Assembly: GCA_002269645.1 (NCBI GenBank)
Contig: NIVC01002809.1
Location: 1 to 17,690 of the forward strand
DNA length: 17,690 nucleotides
Direction of reading: 5' to 3'
Source: Macrostomum lignano
Taxonomy: Eukaryota
The position numbers and the translations under genes were made by a program. Shown here one piece after another: positions 10,532 to 17,690 of the stretch (position 1 is the first letter of the stretch; each line of letters opens with the position of its first letter). The notes under the pieces were generated by a model. It was given only the letters and a program-made list of their open reading frames with translations, had not been told where the DNA came from and ran no database searches.

Positions 10532-11434
10532 AGCATTGAAATTTCAGTAATTCTCTCTAAGAGTCATTATAGCACTACTACAGCATTATAGCGATTCCCT
10601 GCAAGCCTCGACATCGTAGAGATTCCCAAATGAATCTCTTAACTTCGACATGAAGCTTATTTTATTTTTTACATTACGCTTTTTTATCAGCGATCCCTCC
10701 CCAGAGGAGGCATCAAATAATGTAATAAAAAGTTTTCAATAAACTACATGTAGCTTCTGACTTTAGCCTTGAAATCTCATTTATACCCCGTGAACCTTGA
10801 CATCTCAGATATTCCCCCCGTAAGCTTAACATGTCAGCGATGGCCCCCATAAACCTTGAAATCTAAAAAATCCCTGTTATTCTGTTAACCTTGAAATCCG
10901 ATAAAATATAACCCTCAACCCACACCTGACCTAAACCTAACTTTAACCCAACCTAAAGCCTTGAAATCTCAGCAATTCTTCTCCCCTAAGCCTTGACATT
11001 TTAGTGATTCCTTCTTTAAGAATCACAGCACTATAACGATTTCCACCAAGCTTTGACATCGTAGCAATTCCCAAATGAATCTTTTAACTTCGACATGACT
11101 TTTCTTTTATGTATACGTAGTGCTACTTTTATTTTTTACATGACTCTTCTTCTATCAGCGCCCCCCCGTGGCGAGCCAACAAATAATGCAATAAAAAATT
11201 GAGTAAAGTACATGAACTTTGAAGTAGCTTCTGACTTTTGCTTTGACATCTCAGAACCCCCCCCCGTAATCTCAGTTATTCTCTGAGAGCCTTTACGTCT
11301 CAGTTTTTCTCCCCAGCACAGCATTATAGCTGCATTTAATTTTTACATGACACCCTTCATGTCTGACATGACGCTTCTTTTATTCTACCATGATGCTTCT
11401 TAATTTTTTAAATGACACTTTCATTAGTTTTTAA

Positions 11435-12705
11435 ATGAGGCTTCTATGATTTTTTCATGACGCTTCTATGATTTTTACATGACACTTCTATGATTTTTAT
11501 ATGACGCTTCTATGATTGTTTATATGACGCTTCTATGCTTTTTACATGACGCTTCTATGATTTTTTACATACGCTTCATGATTGTTTACATGACGCTTCT
11601 ATATTGTTTACATGACGCTTCTATGATTGTTTACATGACGCTTCTATGATTTTTTACATGACGCTTCTATGATTTTTTCATGACGCTTCTACGATTTCTG
11701 CAGGACGCTTCTATGATTTTTACATGACGCTTCTATGATTGTTTACATGACGCTTCTATGATTGTTTACATGACGCTTCTATGATTGTTTATACGACGCT
11801 TCTATGATTTTTACATGACGCTTCTATGATTTTTACATGACGCTTCTATGATTGTTTACATGACGCTTCTATGATTGTTTCATGACGCTTCTATGATTGT
11901 TTACATGACGCTTCTATGATTGTTTACATGACGCTTCTATGATTGTTTACATGACGCTTCTATGATTGTTTACGACGCTTCTATGATTTTTACATGACGC
12001 TTCTATGCTTTTTACATGACGCTTCTATGATTTTTTACATGACGCTTCTATGATTGTTTCATGACGCTTCTATGATTGTTTACATGACGCTTCTATGATT
12101 TTTTACATGACGCTTCTATGATTGTTTACATGACGCTTCTATGATTGTTTACGACGCTTCTATGATTTTTACATGACGCTTCTATGCTTTTTACATGACG
12201 CTTCTATGATTTTTTACATGACGCTTCTATGATTGTTTCATGACGCTTCTATGATTGTTTACATGGCGCTTCTATGATTGTTTACATGACGCTTCTATGA
12301 TTTTTTACATGACGCTTCTATGATTGTTTACATGACGCTTCTATGATTGTTTAAATGACGCTTCTATGATTGTTTACATGACGCTTCTATGATTTTTACA
12401 TGACGCTTCTATGATTGTTTACATGACGCTTCTATGATTGTTTACATGACGCTTCTATGATTTTTATATGACGCTTCTATGATTGTTTACATGACGCTTC
12501 TATGATTGTTTACATGACGCTTCTATGATTGTTTAAATGACGCTTCTATGATTGTTTACATGACGCTTCTATGATTGTTTACATGACGCTTCTATGATTG
12601 TTTACATGACGCTTCTATGATTTTTTACATGACGCTTCTATGATTGTTTACATGACGCTTCTATGATTTTTTACATGACGCTTCTATGATTTTTACATGA
12701 CGATT
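11435..12705. repeat. Minisatellite B, about 55 copies
   Basis: Direct periodicity; duplicate of 8365-9636. Confidence 0.95.
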
Positions 12706-12760
12706 CTTTTTAAAAAGTCTTTTAGTTTTCCTGACGTTGAAAAGCTTTAATTAAAAAATT

Positions 12761-12833
12761 ATACTCTATGAAAATTCGAACCATCGTCGCTGCATTTAAC
12801 AGTTCAGTTTGTTCACCTCTAGGCTAGCTCTCA
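12761..12833 (-). pseudogene. Degenerate tRNA-derived cassette
   Basis: B box at 12773-12782. Copy of 9692-9764. Confidence 0.6.
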
Positions 12834-13316
12834 TCGTTTTGATAACATCAAATTTTGCACTTATATAATTCAACACTTTAAAATCCAAGCATAGAGTAAA
12901 TCACACGAAGCAGTTATGACATAATCAGTTTCTCAGTCAGTCAGTATCAGTTAACAATATGGTTACGCAATCTAAATCAAGTCTGGTGCTACGCTTCCAC
13001 ACTGCATTTTCAATTCAAGTCGGAGTTACAATTCAGTTATGATGCAATCTATTTCAGAATCAGAATTCAACCAGTCAGTTTTTTCTCTAGCATTCTTACA
13101 ATGCATTTCAAGTCGAAAAGTTTGCTTGACCTTTGCAAAAAAGCATGTTTTTCGAATATTTAATGCCTTTAGCATCAAGAAATTTCTTAGCCACGATGCA
13201 TGTACAGTCACGGGAAAATTTCTGATCGAACAGTGCAAGTTCGAACAAAATCGGTACAGCCATTTTTTCTCTAATCGATCACATAGACACAGACAGACCA
13301 TTTTTAGTATATAGGA

Positions 13317-13345
13317 CTAGCAATCTTCGCCCCCCGATGGGGGGC
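13317..13345 (-). other. Helitron 3' terminus with perfect hairpin
   Basis: The minus strand reads GCCCCCCATCGGGGGGC-GAAGATTG-CTAG|TC. Confidence 0.82.
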
Positions 13346-13454
13346 ATCTAGATAGAATCTCTGGCACTCTACAAGTATCAAAAAGACGGCCAAATAAAGC
13401 CTTCACATAGACAATAGAAAAACTGCTCAAATGAAGTGCAATGCAAAAAAATAT

Positions 13455-14548
13455 CCCAGGACAGCAAGCAACCCCCAGATAGCAAGCACCCCCAGATAGC
13501 AAGCATCCACCTAATAGCAAGCACCCTTAGATAGCAAGCATCCCAGATAGCAAGCACCCTTGGATGCAAGGCAAGCATCTCCAGATAGCAAGCACCCCCA
13601 GATAGCAGGCACCCCAGATAGCAAGCATCCACCTAATAGCAAGCACCCCAAGATAGCAAGCATCCACCTAATAGCAAGCACCCTTAGATAGCAAGCACCC
13701 CCAGATAGCAAGCACCCCCAGATAGCAAGCACCCCAAGTAGCAAGCATCTCTAGATAGCAAGCACCCCAGATAGCAGGCACCCAGATAGCAAGCATCCAC
13801 CTAATAGCAAGCACCCCAAGATAGCAAGCATCCACCTAATAGCAAGCACCCTTAGATAGCAAGCACCCCCAGATAGCAAGCACCCCCAGATAGCAAGCAT
13901 CTCCAGATAGCAAGCACCCCCAGATAGCAAGCATCCACCTAATAGCAAGCACCCCCAGATAGCAAGCATCCACCTAATAGCAAGCACCCCCAGATAGCAA
14001 GCATCCACCTAATAGCAAGCACCCCCAGATAGCAAGCACCCCCAGATAGCAAGCACCCCCAGATAGCAAGCATCTCTAGATAGCAAGCACCCCCAGATAG
14101 CAGGCACCCAGATAGCAAGCATCCACCTAATAGCAAGCACCCCCAGATAGCAAGCATCTCCAGATAGCAAGCACCCCAGATAGCAGGCACCCCAGATAGC
14201 AAGCATCCACCTAATAGCAAGCACCCCAGATAGCAAGCACCCCAGATAGCAAGAACCCCAGATAGCAGGCACCCCAGATAGCAAGCATCCACCTAATAGC
14301 AAGCACCCCAGATAGCAAGCACCCCCAGATAGCAAGCACCCCCAGATAGCAAGCACCCCCAGATAGCACGCATCTCCAGATAGCAAGCACTCCAAGATAG
14401 CAGGCACCCCAGATAGCAAGCATCCACCTAATAGCAAGCACCCCCAGATAGCTAGAACCCCAAGATAGCAAGCATCCCCCCAGATAGCAAGCACCCCCAG
14501 ATAGCACGCATCTCCAGATAGCAAGCACTCCAAGATAGTAGGCACCCC
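13455..14548. repeat. Minisatellite C, 16-18 bp (GATAGCAAGCACCCCCA / GATAGCAAGCATCCACCT), about 60 copies
   Basis: Direct periodicity. Confidence 0.95.
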
Positions 14549-16270
14549 ATTTATGTTTGACATGGTAGCTGTTTTGTGTCTGACATGGTGGCTCTTTAAT
14601 GTTTGAGCTGGTGGCTCTTTTATGTTTGACATGGTGGCACTTTAATGTCTGAAATGGAGTCATGTATACGCTTGACATGGTGACTCGTAGATGTTTGACA
14701 AAGTGGCTCTTTTATGTTCGACATGTGGCTCTTTAATGTTTGACATGGTGGCTCTTTAATGTTTGACATGGTGGCTCTTTAATGTTTGACATGGTGGCTC
14801 TTTAATGTTTGACATGGTGGGTCTTTAATTTATGACATGGTGGCTCTTTTATGTTTGACATGATGGCTCTTTAATGTTCGACATGGTGGCTGTTTAATGT
14901 TTGTTATGTAGTCATATGTATATGTTTTACATGGTGGCTCTTTTATGTGTGACATGGAGTCACGTATATATTTGACATGGAGTCACATATGTTTGACATG
15001 GTGGCTCTTTAGTGTTCGATATGGTGGCTCTTTAATGTTTGACATGGTGGCTCTTTTATGTTTGACATAGTGGCTCTTTAATGTTGACATGGTGGCTCTT
15101 TAATGTTTGACATGGTGGCTCTTTTATGTTTGACATGATGGCTCTTTAATGTTCGACATGGTGGGCTGTTTAATGTTTGTTATGTAGTCATATGTATATG
15201 TTTTACATGGTGGCCCTTTTATGTGTGACATGGAGGCACGTATATATTCGACATGGAGTCACATATGTTTGACATGGTGGCTCTTTAGTGTTCGATATGG
15301 TGGCTCTTTAATGTTTGACATGGTGGCTCTTTAATGTCTGACATGGTGGCTCTTTAATGTTTGACATGGTGGCTCTTTTATGTTCGACATGTTGGCTCTT
15401 TAGTGTTTGACATGGCTCTTTAATGTTTGACATGGTGGCTCTTTTATGCTTGACATGGTGGCTCTTTAATGTTCGACATGGTGGCTCTTTAATGTTTGAC
15501 ATGGTGGCTCTTTTATGCTTGACATGGTGGCTCTTTATGTTCGACATGGTGGCTCTTTTTTGTTCTACATGGTAACTCTTTTATGTTTGATACGGTGGCT
15601 TTTTAATATCTGACATTGTGGCTCTTCTATGTTTGACATTGTGGCTCTTTTATGTTTGACATGGTGGCTCTTTAATGTTTGACATGGTGGCTCTTTAATG
15701 TACGACATAAAGGTTCGTTTATGTTCGACATGGTGGCTCTTTTAGGTTTGACATGGTAGCTCTTTTATGTTCGACATGGTGGCTCTTTTAGGTTTGACAT
15801 GGTGGCTCTTTTAGGTTTGACATGGTAGCTCTTTTATGTTCGACATGGTGGCTCTTAAATGTTTCACATGATGGCTCTTAAATGTCTTACATGGTGGCTC
15901 TTTTATGTTTGACAATGTGGCTCTTTAATGTTTTACATGGCGGCTCTTTTATGTTCGAAATGGTGGCTCTTTAATGTTCGACATGGTGGCTCTTTAATGT
16001 TTGACATGCTAGCTCTTTAATGTTCGACATAGTGGCTCTTTTATGTTTGGCATGGTGGCTCTTTAATGTTCTTCATGGTGGCTCTTTTACGTTTGACATG
16101 GTGGCACTTTAATGTTCGACGTGGTGGCTCTTTAATGTTCGAAATGGTGACTCTTTAATGTTTCACATGGTGGCTCTTTAATGTTTGACATAGAGTCACG
16201 TATTTGTTTTACATGGTGCCCATGTAATGTTTGACATGGTGCCTCTTTTATGTTTGACATTGTGCTTTTT
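14549..16270. repeat. Minisatellite D, 23 bp (TTGACATGGTGGCTCTTTAATGT), about 75 copies
   Basis: Direct periodicity. Confidence 0.95.
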
Positions 16271-16317
16271 TATGTTTAGCAGTTTCGTGTTTTCAAGGTG
16301 TTTTATAAAAAATTATT

Positions 16318-16389
16318 TTGCACTACTAAGATTCGAACCCAGGTCGCTACGTTGGCAGTCCAGTCTGTTCGTATCTAGGCTATCTCTTT
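16318..16389 (-). pseudogene. Degenerate tRNA-derived cassette (best-preserved geometry, Gln/His-like framework)
   Basis: Minus strand reads TAGCCTAG ATACGAACAGA CTGGA CTGCCAA CGTAG CGAC CTGGG TTCGAAT CTTAG. The T-stem pairs with G-U wobbles, and a T6 run follows at 16307-16312. Confidence 0.68.
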
Positions 16390-17000
16390 TCAATTGGAGT
16401 ACATGAATTGTGGCCCTTATAATTAAATTCTTACAGCAAGTCAATTGGGGTAAAAAGTTATGACATAATCAATTTCTCAGTCAGCCAGTATCAGTCTCAG
16501 TTCAAGTTAGCAATATTGGTTACGCAATTTTAATCAAGTCGTGTGTGCATTTCTTCGGCACTGTTTTCAACTTGTTGTGATGCAATCTTTATCACAATCA
16601 GAATTCAGCCAGTCAGTTTTTTTCTCTAGCATTCTTACAATGAATTTTAGGTCGAAAGAGCTGCTTGACCTTTGCAAAAAAGCATGTTTTTCGAATATTT
16701 AATCCCTTTATCATTGAGCAATTTTTTAGCCAAGATGCATGTACCGTCCAGGAAAATTTCTGATCGAATGGTGCAAGTTTGAAGAAAATCGGTTGAGCCA
16801 TTTTTTCTGAAATCTATCGCATACCTACCCACATACAGACAACTCATTTTTAGTATATAGGACTAGCAATCTTTGCCCCCCGATGGGGGACATCTGGATA
16901 GAACTTCTGTCTCTACAAGTAAAAAAACCGCCAAATAGAGTCTTCACAAAGACAACAGAAAAAAAACTGCTCAAATGAAGCGCAATGCAAAAGAAAACAT

Positions 17001-17220
17001 CCCAAGACAGCAAGCATCCCCCCTCCTCCCAGATAGCAAGCACCCCCAGATAGCAAGCACCCCCAGATAGCAAGCACCCCCAGATAGCAAGCACCCCCAG
17101 ATAGCAAGCACCCCAGATAGCAAGCACCCCAGATAGCAAGCACTCCCAGATAGCAAGCACCCCCAGCAAGCCCCAGATAGCAAGCACCCCAGATAGAAAA
17201 ACCCCAGATAGCAAGTATCT
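17001..17220. repeat. Minisatellite C, short array
   Basis: GATAGCAAGCACCCC(C)A repeats. Confidence 0.93.
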
Positions 17221-17324
17221 TTCCTTAAATGCAAGCAGACAAAAAGTATATAGTGCAATTTCCTTTTAGCTTTCTAGGGGCTCCTTTATGATTGGCATGA
17301 CGCTTCTTATTACGTTTGAAAATG

Positions 17325-17690
17325 TCTCTCCTGTGTTTGAAATGGTGACTATTTTTATGTTTGAATTGGTGGCTTTTAAATGTTTGGCATGGTGACTCTT
17401 TAATGTCTACATGGTGGCTCTTTAATGTTTGACATCGTGCCAGTATTTATGTTTGTCATGGTGGCTCCTTAATGTTAGAAACGGTGGCTCTTTAATGTTT
17501 GACATGGAGTCACATATATGTTTCACATGGTGGCTCTTCTATGTCTAACTTGTTAGCTCTTTTATGTTTATTGGCTCGTTAATGTTCGACATGGTGGCTC
17601 TTTAACGTTCGACATGGTGGCTCTTTTAATGTTCGACATGCTGGCTCTTTAATGTTTGACATGGCGCTCTTTAATGTTCAACATGGTGGC
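17325..17690. repeat. Minisatellite D, degenerate start, continuing beyond the window
   Basis: CATGGTGGCTCTTTAATGTT repeats. Confidence 0.9.

Larger units (their letters stand above)
10248..13316 (-). mobile_element. Non-autonomous Helitron-like unit 3 (near-identical tandem copy of unit 2)
   Basis: Colinear with 7176-10247 at about 3069 bp offset. 5' TC at 13316, 3' hairpin at 10259-10275. The terminal CTAG lacks one base (CTA|TC). Confidence 0.78.
13317..16862 (-). mobile_element. Non-autonomous Helitron-like unit 4 (3.55 kb, satellite C/D type)
   Basis: Perfect 7-bp hairpin GCCCCCC-GAT-GGGGGGC (13329-13345), 8 nt from CTAG (13317-13320). 5' TCCTATATACTAAAAATG at 16862. Confidence 0.8.
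16863..17690 (-). mobile_element. Non-autonomous Helitron-like unit 5 (3' part; continues beyond the window)
   Basis: CTAG at 16863-16866 and hairpin GCCCCCCGATGGGGGAC at 16875-16891. The 3' segment of about 150 bp is homologous to 13317-13460 and is followed by satellites C and D. Confidence 0.72.

Noticed and set aside
3335-12705. CRISPR-like regular short repeats
   Set aside because: The repeats are contiguous with no unique spacers, there are no cas genes, and the context is eukaryotic.
13317-15547. ORFs rich in GACYLG/CLLSGG and MSNIKEPP repeats
   Set aside because: They are translations of satellites C and D and have no protein family features.
1170-16389. Functional tRNA genes (apparent anticodons GCT or GCC)
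   Set aside because: Acceptor, D and anticodon stems do not pair, the D-loop GG is absent, and the apparent anticodon varies between copies. These are tRNA-derived only.
6894-16847. Recurrent ORFs of about 60-98 aa in the conserved 5' core (MMQSISESEFNQS..., MAQPIFF...)
   Set aside because: Starts, stops and frames differ between copies, and the ATG at 6894 is really GTG. There are no HUH (Rep) or PIF1 helicase motifs, so recurrence reflects the repeated non-coding element.

Overview
This 17.7 kb AT-rich window is eukaryotic (metazoan-like, TTAGGG telomere motif) and has no credible protein-coding gene. All ORFs in the track come from tandem repeats or a short conserved element. Read on the minus strand, the window is a head-to-tail array of non-autonomous Helitron-like elements: two partial units (1-1775, 16863-17690) and four complete units (1776-7175, 7176-10247, 10248-13316, 13317-16862). 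Four of the five boundaries have the form GC hairpin, 8-10 nt spacer, CTAG|TC(C/T)...ATACTAAAAATG, then a microsatellite. The fifth (10247/10248) lacks the G of CTAG. Each unit has a conserved 5' core of about 280 bp, a spacer with invariant palindromic motifs, and a TATA at fixed distance from a degenerate tRNA-like A/B-box cassette. After that comes a variable cargo of minisatellites (24, 23, 23 and 16-18 bp families) and, in three units, short (CCCTAA)n tracts and internal hairpin relics. The Helitron call rests on terminal structure only; no RepHel transposase ORF is present.
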